The notes: generated by a model from the letters alone, not told the origin. A stretch of 64,000 nucleotides of DNA from Octopus sinensis (GCF_006345805.1 NC_043006.1:64356001-64420000); one strand, 5' to 3'. Positions 1 through 12,639 are shown, numbered from the stretch's first letter. Numbers and translations: made by a program.

Positions 1-14
1 ATTAGACCACATAT

Positions 15-27
15 ATGTGTGTATATG

Positions 28-96
<69 letters not shown>

Positions 97-308
97 GTGT
101 GTGTACATACATACATATATATATATATGTATGTATATATATATTTGATAGATAGATAGATAGTGCACAGGTGCGCTATCCCCGACTCTACTTTGGTGCC
201 TTTGTTATATAAATATCTTGATTCTATCGGATTTTGAAAATACATACATACACACATACATACATACATACATACATACATACATACATACATACATACA
301 TACATACA

Positions 309-340
<32 letters not shown>
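15..340. repeat. (TG)n, (TA)n, (GATA)n and (TACA)n microsatellites
   Basis: Direct reading. Confidence 0.95.
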
Positions 341-1338
341 AGTAGTTGAATGAATTATCCTAGTATGGATAATTCGGTTAACCGATACTCGGGTAGCAAA
401 TTCACGTCAGAAAAACACGGTTGAAGCTACATGCCAAGGGCAGAGATCACGTGCTTTCGTGTGGAAATTTGTGTGTTTTTTTTAATACAAATAAATGAAA
501 GAATGTATATATATATATACATGTAGTGGATCTTGCAGGCATGAAGTGGATTCGATCCACCATAGCCAAATTTCTAGTAACAGTTCAACAGAACTTTTCT
601 CACGGTGGAACAATAGTTTTTTCTGTGAAAGTTTACATTTGCCAGATGCCTAGCTAGGCCGAAGTAACGTCTTCACCACTTGACCCTTCTAACCTCTTCT
701 ACATCACCAAAAGCTAGAATTAAGATAACAAGTACCACCAACGAAATCCATTGTCCCCAACGATATGTCTATCCTCTGGATAGTTATAAAAACAAGAACA
801 AAAATCCGAGCTAAAATCAGTTAGTCACTTGGTGACAATTCAATCAGTCAGTGACAACTCGAGGCAGAGACAGCTACCATCAGTTAGATGCTAGAACCAT
901 GGTCAGAGGGAGAAATGAAATTTACAATCAGCAACTATGAGACAACTTACCTCGATTCTCTCACTCACACTAGCTCACTTTATTTTCTCTTACCACATCA
1001 TTCTATCTCTCTCTGTAATTACTACTACCCAATGACGAGAACATAAACACAAACCATACAAGGAAAATCTACACCTATCTTTACTTCGAATTTTTATCAC
1101 CTGCCCGTCGAGGCAAGGTATTATGTACAATGTACGGTAAATAAATATTTTCCTCACAACTTCATTCGCTGTTCTTTCATCTTTACATAATGGCAATCAA
1201 CGAAGAACCAATCCTTAAAAACTAATTACGACTCTGACTTTCCATATTATTGTCTACAATTTAATCTCAACCGTTATAAAAGTTAATCTTTACCGTTACA
1301 TACACACACACGCACACACACACACGCACGCACACACA

Positions 1339-2070
1339 CAGGGTGCAATGGGTAAATTGTCGCCATTTTATATTTTTTATTTCGCGTACGCGCATTTTTT
1401 GTTTTTCATTTTGTCGATTACACAGCATTGTAGGGCCAGCTGGGCACCGTTTGTGAGAAGAACAGCACCATGACGCAATTCATTATGCCAGAAATTTAGA
1501 AAATACATGCTGTACTGCTTGGCAATCGCACCGGAATCTCCAATACGAGCATTTCAGAGTGTTTGGGTGTCAATCTGAAGACTGCGATCTGAGAGTGACA
1601 AAAATCAAACACCCAGTGAACATCTTGTTGTTTGGAGTGATCACTAGTGATAGCGAGGTTATGCTTCCATTCATGCTTCCACACGGCCTCAGACTCAACA
1701 CGGAGGCCTACATCAAGTGCCTGGAGGAAGTAGTGCTGCCCTGGGTCAAGAGTGTGGCTGATGGAAGACCTTATGTCTGGCAGGAGGACTCTGTACCATG
1801 TCATACAAACAGGAGACCCCAGTCATGGCTGTCAGACAATTTCTGCTACCTAATCACCCACAAACATCTGGCCACCTAATCATTATGTGTGAAGCGCAGT
1901 TGAGCAAGAGACCAACAAAACTCCTTGTAACACCAAAGATGAACTGAAGGCAAGGATTATGGCAGTATTCACCTACCTAAACAAGCAGACCGTCCAGAAG
2001 AGTTGCAGGAGATTCCGAAGTCGTCTGGAGGCTGTGGTTGAAACCAATGGCGATTTTATTGAATAAATAT
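1339..2070 (+). mobile_element. Tc1/mariner transposase remnant (DD37D/maT-like)
   Basis: Translation includes LLFGVITSD..MLPF..PHGLRLNTEAYIKCLEEVVLPW..GRPYVWQEDSVPCHT and IWPPN, with the SPDCNPLD segment deleted; starts CAGGGTG after a CA tract. Confidence 0.85.
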
Positions 2071-2105
2071 TCTTTAGTATTTTAAGATATTTTATAATAA
2101 TAATA

Positions 2106-2151
<46 letters not shown>

Positions 2152-2429
2152 ATGTCCTACTAAGTTAGCAATGGTATTACATCACTTGTTAAGGTTGTCT
2201 CTCTCGATTTTCTATAGCCAGCACTGATTTTGCTATGATATTTTGTATCCTGTATATATGTAGCTTGTTATTCTCTTTAAGTGAACATTTTTCTAGTTGA
2301 AATGCATCGAAAAATGACAAAACAGCAGTAAAAAAATCGTAAAAAATAGGGATTTTCATACAAAAAAAAGCACCTTTTTTATGTAAATAATTTTTGGTGT
2401 TAACATGGTCCGATTTGAAATTTTTTTTC

Positions 2430-2735
2430 TACGGAAGGAAGAGCAAGCCTTCTACCATACTCTCAATTTTGGTCAATTTGCGCCGCAGGGTCTCGGAGGA
2501 GATAGTGTTAGTTGAAGGCTACCAAACCTGCCATACACACACAACTTCAGCTTTATATATATAAATATATATATAGAAAGAAGACATATATATATATATA
2601 ATATATATATAAAGCTGAAGTTGTCTGTGTATGGCAGGTTTGGTAGCCTTCAACTAACACTATCTCCTCCGAGACCCTGCGGCGCAAGTTGACCAAAATT
2701 GAGAGTATGGTAGAAGGCTTGCTCTTCCTTCCGTA
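2430..2735. repeat. Head-to-head inverted pair of Helitron-like 5' ends around a (TA)n tract
   Basis: Arms ~2430-2561 and ~2602-2735 are near-perfect reverse complements; each begins TATATATATAAAGCTGAAGTTG. The left copy extends further toward ~2280. Confidence 0.6.
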
Positions 2736-2956
2736 TATATATATATATACTATACACAAAATAATTATTTTTTCTAAATATATATATATATCATTATATA
2801 ATATATATATATATAATAATATCCATATATCATATATATATATCTATCATATATATATATATGTATCTATATATAATATAAGAAGTATATATATAATATA
2901 TAATTAAGATGTTATGTATATATATCCTATACTATAAATATCTATTATATATTATA

Positions 2957-3015
<59 letters not shown>

Positions 3016-3121
3016 TTCTTTCAGCATGTGGCTCGGTCTGTATACATACTCGCTTGCCCTGAATATAAATAAATTTGTAAATTACACACGCACACACATA
3101 TGAGAGGTATTGGTATCTAGA

Positions 3122-4154
3122 AGACCCAAAGAGTGACAGGTAACGCTAAGTAAGTGCTATGGATAAATTTACGGATGCGCATGAGCATGCATGTATATAT
3201 ATGTATATGTATGTATATGCATGTGTATATACATGTATTATGCGAGTGTATATGTAGGTATGCATATGCGCACATGTATATGTACGTGTGTGCGCGCATA
3301 CGTATGTCATTATACCTTCTTTCCTCCTCTCTGATTCCTACCGATCACAGTAACCTATACCATCACATACGTGTATTTAAAGAAATTTGACACCCTTGTA
3401 TTCTCCCCTCCACTTTAGAATTTACTACTAAAATTACTATTCACTTTGGTAACACCCCACCCATACTTTTCTCTACCCATCCCTTAATACAGCTCTATCA
3501 TATCACCCCTATTCATACATCTTACACTTATTCACTCCTTACCTTCTCATTTCTTCCTATCCCTCCCCCACTCCTCTCCCACCCTCCCCTCACATTATCT
3601 TGACCACCAACTAACACTCCTTTTCTCATTTCTTTCACCCTTTCTTCCCATTTTTTCACTTTTTTCACTCTTTTCACTTTTCTCTCTTTTTTCTCTTTTT
3701 CTTCCTTTCATTTTCTCTTCCAGTTCCCATTTTAACTTATCCCCTGATTTTAAACATACACATCCCCCCTACCCCATCTATCCACAAATAGTACCAATAC
3801 ATTCTCAAATTTTCATTCACACCACAGGACCCTTTGAATGAGCAACACAGAATCCAAGGCTCCATACTTTGAAATGATTAAGCATGAACTACTATTGGAA
3901 CATACATACCATGTACAGGAAACATTTTTACTACTTCTATACACTACTTTCCTCGAATAATGGAACTGCAACTACAATATCTTTATATATTTTATATTTT
4001 TATTACTACTTTTATTCTCTTATTTCGCTCTATATTCCTTATCTCCTCCTTTCCATAATAATTCCTTATTTCGAACTCAAATATTTACCTCTATTTAACC
4101 ATCCCGCATCGTCTCTGATGAAGGGATATCCATAATATCCTAGAAACAGCTGTA
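3122..4154 (+). mobile_element. Non-coding Penelope-like (pLTR/retrozyme-type) element
   Basis: Alternating purine-pyrimidine tract (~3170-3305), CT-rich tract (~3310-3830), then a terminal HHR; the 5' boundary is inferred. Confidence 0.45.
4111..4154 (+). ncRNA. Minimal type I hammerhead ribozyme, ending at its cleavage site
   Basis: GUCU-CUGAUGA-a-GGGAUAU/AUAUCCU hairpin-a-GAAA-CAGCUGU-A: palindromic stem III ACAGCUGU and GUA triplet. The 10.1/11.1 pair is an A-A mismatch and the 3' strand of stem I is absent downstream. Confidence 0.6.
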
Positions 4155-4159
4155 TGTAT

Positions 4160-4700
4160 GAGTTTCGGATGTCAGGGCGGAAACCTGCACTGGCATCTCT
4201 TCAGTTATTGAGGCAATCAAAATATGCTATGAAAATGACCGTTAAACAAAGGGAAATTACTATGCAATTGATCGATATTAAGAGAAAAGAGCTATTAGAA
4301 TGACCGTTAAGTAAGGGAAAAAACAGAAGAGGGGGAAGTAAGAAGTAAAGGAGTAAAAATGCTCATAGCAATCGCGTATGCGCGCATGTACATAGATACA
4401 CATGCGCGCACGCACACCCACATACATGTGCCTATATGCATATGCTCACTCACACTCGCATGAAACACACGCATGCGCACTCACACATACGCTAATAGAT
4501 CCACATATCTATGCAACCATGCATGTACACATATACATAACTACGCATGCGCGCACGCACACAGACATACACAGACGTGCACAGTTATATTCAAATACAC
4601 TCTTAAAATACGCACATGCTATATGATCACTCACACACGTGAGGAACACATGCATGTATACCCGCATATATCTGCAACCATGCACATGTACATATACATA
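4160..4700 (-). mobile_element. Second Penelope-like non-coding element, tail-to-tail with the 3122-4154 element
   Basis: Same modular order on the minus strand: RY tract 4370-4700, pyrimidine tract (GA-rich on +, ~4280-4360), HHR remnant at its 3' end. Confidence 0.35.
4162..4204 (-). ncRNA. Truncated/degenerate hammerhead ribozyme core
   Basis: Minus strand CUGAAGA-GAUGCCAG...CUGACAUC-c-GAAAC; stem II has one mismatch and a 1-nt register slip; stem III and cleavage triplet missing. Confidence 0.4.
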
Positions 4701-5100
4701 GGAGGGCTGTGTGGTAAGTAGCTTGCTTCCCAACCACATGGTTCCGGGTCAGTCCCACTGCGTGGCATCTTGGGCAAGTGTCTTCTGCTATAGCCTCGGG
4801 CCGACTAAAGCCTTGTGAGTGGATTTGGTAGACGGAAACTGAAAGAAGCCTGTTGTATATATGTATATATATGTATGTGTGTGTGTATGTTTGTGTGTCT
4901 GTGTTTGTCCCTCTAGCATTGCTTGACAACCGATGCTGGTGTGTTTACGTCCCTGTTACTTAGCGGTTCGGCAAAAGAGACCGATAGAATAAGTACTGGA
5001 CTTACAAAGAATAAGTCCCGGGATCGATTTGCTCGACTAAAGGCGGTGCTCCAGCATGGCCGCAGTCAAATGACTGAAACAAGTAAAAGAGTAAAAGAGT
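4701..5100 (+). mobile_element. tRNA-derived SINE, family A (abundant in window)
   Basis: Box A/B-like head (ggctgtgtggtaag...ggtcagtccc), CORE-like ttgggcaagtgtctt, internal TA/TG tract, tail gactgaaacaagtaaaagag; more than 10 related copies in window. Confidence 0.8.
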
Positions 5101-5109
5101 ATACCCGCA

Positions 5110-5334
5110 TGATGGTTTTTCATAGTGGGGAAAGGATTTGCACAAATCCAATCCCACTCTCAGAACACGGACAGCATAAACTCGAAAAGAAGAACAAGTC
5201 TACATCATTGAATATCGTCAGTGTTGCAGGTTTTCTCTCGGAGTTTCCCTTTCCTAGGGAGATGTGACAAGAGAAGGGGCCTCCCACTCCCAGTGGGCCA
5301 ACCGCGCGCCTGGACACCAGCCCAGGTATTTCTA
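5110..5334 (-). mobile_element. RTE-type retroposon 5'-region fragment
   Basis: Shares gcgcggtt..cca.tgggagtg...ctagga.a.gg..aactccga.a.aaaacctgc with 54790-54895; abuts a (TACA)n tract. Confidence 0.45.
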
Positions 5335-5435
5335 CATACATACATACATACATACATACATACATGCATGCATACATGCATACATACATACATACATGCA
5401 TACATACATACATACATGCATGCATGCATGCATAC

Positions 5436-5466
<31 letters not shown>

Positions 5467-6249
5467 AAATAGTTTTTAACTATCAAAGGTGAGCTACTAT
5501 GGATATATTTTCTCGGTAAATTTTCTCCGCGGTGAACTTACCTGTAATCCATCCATCCATCCATCTACCCATCCATACACACACACACACACATACACAT
5601 ACATACATACATACATACATACATACATACATACATACATACATACATACATACGTACGCACGTATGTATATGTATGTATGCAAATGCTTAATTCATACA
5701 CTACAAATGATCACGATATCAGGGACTATAAAAATCTGCAAGACCTTAAAAAGATTTAAAGAATGATGAACAAAACAAGATGCTTTCTTTTACAACCTTG
5801 CTACCAAGTAGGTGGCCAAAAAGAGAAAGAGGACGCGCGCACACACACTCACACACACAAGTGGAAATGTACAACTCATAGACCGTCATCCCTGTATAAC
5901 CCTCTGCTTATTCAATGTGTTTGTAGCAACGCAACCCTTGAATGGTTCAAGAAAATTAAAGATAAACCCAAATGCCAATTCATTATGGAGTTTTACCCCT
6001 TGATCTCCAAATAGCTCCTCCAGAAGATATTGGCTTTTCGTAAAGCATATACAACTGTCACTAACGCAGGTATAACTATTGTAATGAATGCAAAGAAATC
6101 CTTAATCCTTCTTCAAAAAGAATGGAAATGAGCTATTTGATACCGCTGTGGGGAGTCATGATAGGACAGAGAGAAAGAGAGAGAGAGAGAGGGGGGTCTT
6201 TTTGCCCTCTACATCATACATGTCCTTACATATCGCTAAAGATGAGTTT

Positions 6250-6660
6250 GGTCATTCTTTGTTGTAGTGACTGTGGATCGTTTTCAGGTTCTTGTCCAGC
6301 ATTTTCCTTGTAACGGTTCCTCTAAGCTTTTTCAGTTTCTCAATGTACCACTTGCTGTTCACGCGTCCTTGTCATCCATTAAAACAATCACCGTGACTTT
6401 CTCTGCCGATTGCTGGATCTTGAACTGCTTAAGGTTTGGAGAAGAAGTACAGCACCATTCCACGAACTAAGCCTTTGTTTACGGATTATAAACATACGGC
6501 CATGGTTCCTTCCCTGTCATTAGATTGCAGGTGAAGGACGACGCGTCTACATTGACTTCAAACGCTTGCAGCGGATCAGAGTAGATCTCCACCCTTCTTC
6601 CTTCTCACCTTCAAATCGGATGTCAGCTACCAAGGTACCCAGTTTTCACACTTTTTCCGA
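6250..6660 (-). pseudogene. Possible highly decayed Ty3/gypsy RT-RNase H fragment
   Basis: Multi-frame translation RVEIYSDPLQAFEVNVDASSF...PWPYVYNP*TKA* resembles YxDPxxPFxVxVDAS...PVAYASRxLTxAE; many stops and frameshifts. Confidence 0.25.
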
Positions 6661-9349
6661 TGCCATCACAGTAAATACTCTATAGCTTCCTGTGGATGCC
6701 GTACGGCCTTTCCCGCTTCCTTCGTTATGGATCCCATTATTTGTCGACAATGAGGGAAAACAAGAGCTGCATATAAAGGTAGGGTTACTCGACCGTGTGA
6801 AAACTGAACGATTTCTCAGTTATTACAAAAGAAAAGATTATGCTATTATGCTCTCTTTTGCATTACTTTCAGAACAACCTACTTATACATACACGTGTGT
6901 GTGTGTGAGAGAGAGAAAGAGAGGGAGAGTGAGAGACTGTACATGTGTGTGTGTGTGTGTGTGTACATGCACACTAAAAATGTGAAAAGGAAATCTGAAC
7001 CTAAAATATTTTGTATCATAGAAACAGTTGATCGAAAGTAGGATTAAATTGCATGACAAGCTATTTCGGTTAATTTAATCGAATATCTCAATATAGACAA
7101 TGGATCCATATTTTGGAACCAGTTTCAATGCCCCGTGAGCTCTTTGCTTTAGATATTCTTCAGCGCCCAACACAACTTCAATTTTTCTGTTTTCTTAATA
7201 AAATACTTTTTACTTATTAATGGTGTGATACTATGGATGTGTTTTCTCGGTAAACTTTCCTGGCGGTGAACTTTCCTGCGATGAACTGATGGCGGTGAAC
7301 TTATTCGTAATCAACACTTTCGCCACCTAATAAAACTTCGAATATAAGGGGCAGATACATTGCAATGTGTTTGCGATAAGGAAAGAGAGAAAGCGGAAGA
7401 TGAAGAAATAGAGAAGGTTTAAGGGGGAAGAAATAGAGAAGGTTTAAGGAGGAAGGGGAGAGAGAGAGTGTGTGTGTGGTTGAAATGAAGGACTAAAGGA
7501 TGACAGAAAGAAAGAAGAGAAATAGAAGAAGAAAAGCTTGTGTATAGCGAGATAAGAAAAAACAGAAAACAATAGCAGAAAAAAACCTTTCAACAAGGAG
7601 AGAATGAAAAGGAAATATCGAGGGTTGAAGTAACAGTAAGAGAGACAGTAGGAGAGAAAAGAGACAGGGTAACCGAGAGTAGGAGGAGAAAGCGAGTGAG
7701 ACAGTAGCAGAGGAAAAGGAAGAGACAGACAGAGAGGTAGCGTAGAAATAGATAGAATAAACAAGGAATCTAATAGAGAGAGAGGTACAGAGTATGAGAT
7801 AGAGAAGGGCACAGAGTATGAGAACGAGAAAGAGTTAATGTAGGGGAGAAGATTGGGGAAGACGAAATCTGCTCTTTATAAAGAAAATCGTCGCCTCCTG
7901 TCGTTGCAGTTCGATTGAAGCTTTCGACACTGATCGAAGGTGACGAAATCAGTGGACACGAACAGAAGGCAGAAGAGTTCGAGGGTAAAAGAGTGTAGGA
8001 AGAATTGGAAGGAAAGTGTGAACTCAGAAATAAGAATCTACAGAAAGACTGGTAATTTAATATTTCTTATGTACCATTTTAATTTTATTTTGCTTTACAA
8101 GTTCGTGTGTGTGTATTTTGTGTCGTTGTTTAAGTAACTTAGACCTCCCGGGAGAGCTAGATCGAAGCGCACATAAATATACTCTTACTTCCACATTAAC
8201 TCACGGAACCATATGTATATATATATATATTCATTCCCTACATACAGACAGTTATATATATATATATATGTAGATTTGCACATGTTTGTGTGTATAAAGA
8301 TTGATAGCGAGATACAGTGAAAGATAGAGAATTAAGGGACATCAGGAGTGAAAGAACTATAATAGATATTACCCGTTTCCATCAATCTATTGTTTGAATG
8401 GGTGTGAGGACCCATGTTTATATGGGCCTATTTATATGTGTGTGTGTGTGTGTGTGTCTCCTTAAAACTGGTTAGGGACACTAGCAAGTCTTTAGGTTAG
8501 TGTATCATACAAATCAAGACGATCTATCTATCACCCTCTATGATTGATTGTTATTGTTTTTGTCCCTTAGTCATCACTGATCCAGTAAACAAATGATCAG
8601 ATGTTCTAACTATAATCTCGTCTTTGTTTTATTTTATTTGTATTTTCAGGTCTAGTGTATGTAGCGATTACCAGTAACAAATATGTTCGTACATTTTTTA
8701 ATACGACAGGTGGTATTTGAGTGTAGTTTGACTGCTGTTTCTAATAGGCCAAGTGGCTGCATATGATTCGCATGTTGATTCGGCATCAAATGTAGCAAAG
8801 AAAGACCACACAGCTTTTAATTGCTGTTTAAGGCCCCGGTCGGACTTGATTTAGCAAACCATAGACATTCCAGCTGTTAATATGCAGCTTTTGTTTTTTC
8901 TTCATACATAATTCATCTAGGACTGCATCGACCAATGTAGCCTTCCTGTTTCATATTTTTTAATTTTAAGGCCGTAGGTTGTGATTTTAGGAAGATTTGA
9001 TGGTTATATCTCGTCATTCTCGATGGACCGTAGTTTCATCTACGTTATGTACATACATACAGTCTTCCCCCACCTCTCTCTCTCTCTCATTACTTCGGAC
9101 AGTAAAAAGATATTGCGGGGGCGGTTGTAAATCGTAGAAAATCGATTACTTCGAGTGTTTTAGTTTCATTTTTTGGTTCTTTCTTTCTTTTTCTCAACAA
9201 TCGCTTCATTTGTAAACTGAAATCTTCCTTCTGTTTGTTTTCGTGTAGAGTTGGTAACATATTTTGAGTCTGGAAGAGTTGTTTCACTGATTGTAGGGAT
9301 AATGTGTGTGAATGTGGGATGTATCAATTAAATCACTCAAACCACACAT

Positions 9350-9382
<33 letters not shown>

Positions 9383-9672
9383 TCTCAGTAGGTTTGTGAG
9401 AATTTGAATAAACATGCTGGCATATGTGTTCGAATTACACAGGGAACTGTTTCCCGTCCATGTAGTAACAGTAGTGTTTTTTTTCATTCATTCATTCATT
9501 TGTTCAAAGCTTCAGTCTGTTCATCATATACCAGTCTTGATTGCATGAAGAATGTGTGTTTGTGTATGCCTATATGATCGTGAGTAAATGTATGCGTGGA
9601 AATTGGTGTATGCTTATATGAGTGTGTATGTGTACGTATATGTATATTCAAACTGTGTGTATGGAAAGATTA

Positions 9673-9711
<39 letters not shown>

Positions 9712-10594
9712 AAAAACTAGGTAGTCAGAATATTTTTTAAGAATCTTATAAAATATATAAAAATATTGATATAAAATTTGTACACCACTTCAAACAATAT
9801 ACTCACACACACACACACACATATATTGTCCAACTTTGTCCAACCCATGCCAGCATGGACAGCGGACGTTAAATGATGATGATTGTGTATGTGTGTATAG
9901 ATATAAAAAAAACGAAAGAAATTGCATATAGAATTTTCTTCATGGGGAAATCAGAATCTAAAGAGGGGCTATATTTCAATCAAACTTAAAGCACCATATT
10001 GTTTTAACCTCAGCTCCAACCTCATCGACATTTTTAAGCTACCGCATCTTGTAGTTTTCCAGGTTCACTTAATTCAGAATACTTTCACACCTGTACCCAC
10101 ATTTTCTTTACCAAATCACACTTTTTATGGACAATTTTTTTTTACTGTCAAAAAGTAATTGCCATTAAGACAAAACTTTAAAACTGTAAAAAATATTGAA
10201 CATTTTTCAAAAAGTTTGCAAAATAGTGAAAAAAAAAAAAAAGAAAATTTTGTAATTTGAGAAAAAGTAATTATTGGTTACAACAATGAGGGTTCCCATT
10301 GATCCAATCAACAGTAAAGCCTTCTTGTGTAATTGACATGCAAGTAGCTGAGCACTTCACAATCACACATACCTCATAACAGTTCTCAAGGAGATTCAGT
10401 ATGATACAAAATGTGACAAGGCTGGCCCTTTTGAATTACAGGTACAGCTCATTTTTTGCCAGCTGAGTTGACTGGAGCAATGTGAAATAAAGAGTCTTGC
10501 TCAAGGACACAATGCATCACTGGGAATCAAACTCACAACCTAACAATTGTGAGCCAGATACACTAAGTACTAAACTGCCTGAAATGATATAAAA

Positions 10595-12050
10595 ATACCA
10601 ATGAAGATCTTGAGACAAGTTACCAGGCAAGCTGAAGGAAGGAATAATATTCCCAATCCATAAAGGAGGAAGCAGAGCAGATGCCAAAAATTATAGGCCT
10701 ATCTCTCTGACTTCACACATCAGCAAAGTCATGGAATGAATAGTCAGAGGGAAACTAATCACATTCCTTTAACCCTTTTGTTACTGTATTTATTTTGAGA
10801 TGCTCTGTATTTCTTTCAATTACTTTAAATATAACAAAGAATTTAGTAAAATAACTTAGTTGTCATTCAGCCAGTGTTAGGAATATTAATTGTCACTAAG
10901 GTTTGGTGGAAGATTTTAATTCAAAACTTATGAAATTAAGACATTTGTACTCAGAGCCAATTTCAGCCAGGTTAGTAATGAAAGGGTTAAAAAAACAACT
11001 TGCTGAGGGATATCCAGCATGTTGTTCAACCAGGTAGGAACTGCCTGACCCTACCTGGTCGAATGATTGGTGTTGAGGTAGTTACTCAACAACTTGAATG
11101 TGGACATGATAAACCTTGACTTTGCAAAAGCTTAAAATGGATCATTGTATGATATGCCACAAACTGTGTGATCTCGGCATCGCTGGAAAACTTGGAGAGT
11201 GGTTACATGAATTTCTGAAAGATATAGGTCAGGCAGTGGTGGCTAATGGAGCCACCTTAGAGAAAACACAAATAGGAGTGGTGTTCCACTGGGTACTGTC
11301 TTGGGACCACTGCTTTTCATAGTGGCCCTCTCATGCCCTCCACTGCATGGATAGCCACACGGACAATACGAAAGTCTTGCAGAAAATAAAAAAGCCTAAC
11401 AATGTTGTACACCTGCAGCAGGAGTTGAATTCAATTTACAGATGGGCTGAGGATAATAATATGCAGTTTAATGCTGGAAAATTCCAAGCTGGCTGGCTGG
11501 ATCCTGAGAACCTTCAGAACCAGAGAGAAAGAAACCATAATGGTCCTCTGGAGGACATTCATCCTCAGCCGCCTGGACTATAGCTCCCAACTATGGTTAC
11601 CCCACAGTGTAAAATTAATAACAGACCTTGAAGCAACCAGTGAAGCTTCACAAAAAAGATTGTCTCATTGCAACAGCTTAGCTATTGGGAAAGGCTAAAA
11701 CAGCTAAGACTCTACTCCCTGGAGCAAAGATGGGAGAGGTATGCAGTAATATATGTCTGGAAGGAATTGTGCCAAATTTTGGCATTGAAAGTTAAACAAA
11801 TGCCAGAACAGGTTGCCATTGCACAGTGCCAAAGATCCAGCAATGCTGTTGTTTCAGGACCAGTTATTGCAATAGCCTGGGTTTCAGGGGCCCACAGTTT
11901 TGTAATATTCTCCGAAAGATTCTGAGGAACATACACAACAAGGATGTAAGTGTTTTAAATTCATAACAGGATCTCTTCCTGCTGAAGTCCCAGATGAACC
12001 TACCTCACGGCAGGAGGTGTGAATGAGGGTAGCAACATCAAGCTCCCCTA
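10595..12050 (+). mobile_element. CR1/L2-clade LINE reverse transcriptase pseudogene, interrupted by a MITE
   Basis: IFPIHKGGSRADAKNYRPISLTSHISKVME, LDFAKA, a frameshifted GVPLGTVLGPLLF, HTDNTKV (cf. ADDTK), LSYWERLKQLRLYSLEQR. Confidence 0.9.
10773..10986 (-). mobile_element. piggyBac-type MITE (TTAA target duplication)
   Basis: TTAA|CCCTTT...AAAGGG|TTAA; reverse-complement relative of the copies at 38234 and 39089. Confidence 0.85.
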
Positions 12051-12149
12051 TTCACCAAATGCTTACATATCATAGGAGGCTCTCAATAATAACAGTGTAA
12101 CAAAATGGCAGTGCCTTGACATAGCCACAACTTTGAGCTGAAACTGATA

Positions 12150-12530
12150 AAACAATGTGTATGTGTGTGTATATATATATATGTCTGTATATATATATGT
12201 CTGTATATATATGTCTGTATATATATATATATATATATATGCACATGTGTGTATGTATGTATATATATATATATATATGCACATGTGTGTATATATATAT
12301 ATATATATATATGCACATGTGTGTAGATATGTGTATATATATCTATATATGTATATATACATATAAATATATAGATGCATATATGTATCTATATATGTGC
12401 ATTTATATGCATATATGTATATTTGTGTATATGTATATATTTACATGTGTATATGTGTATGTATATTTATATGTGTATGTATATTTGTATGTATATATTT
12501 ATGTGTATTATATGTCTATATCTGTATATA
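12150..12530. repeat. Compound TA/TG low-complexity tract
   Basis: Direct reading; source of several spurious YI/CV ORFs. Confidence 0.95.
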
Positions 12531-12639
12531 TATTTAGTCTGCCTATAAATAATGCAGTTTTTTTTATACCTCTTTTATTTCTGAAAATTAAGATAAACAA
12601 TGTTTGTTTTTAATTTAAAATATACTCTCCTTCATTTTC

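Noticed and set aside
6370-6380. In-frame TGA in a minus-strand reading as possible selenocysteine
   Set aside because: Surrounding frames contain TAA/TAG stops, and there is no selenoprotein motif or recognisable SECIS.
7115-7175. Minus-strand CUGAAGA...GAAAC-UG-GUU hammerhead-like match
   Set aside because: Neither stem I nor stem II pairs beyond 1 bp; chance match.
7380-7865. GA-rich purine tract and its antisense 122-aa ORF
   Set aside because: Low-complexity sequence; triplex potential is generic and not otherwise supported.
12063-12613. Many 60-170 aa ORFs rich in YI/CV/HT (also at 2553-3390, 5120-5760, 37547-38038, 40087-40768, 47724-48534, 58484-59058)
   Set aside because: Translations of TA/CA/TACA microsatellites; no coding signal.
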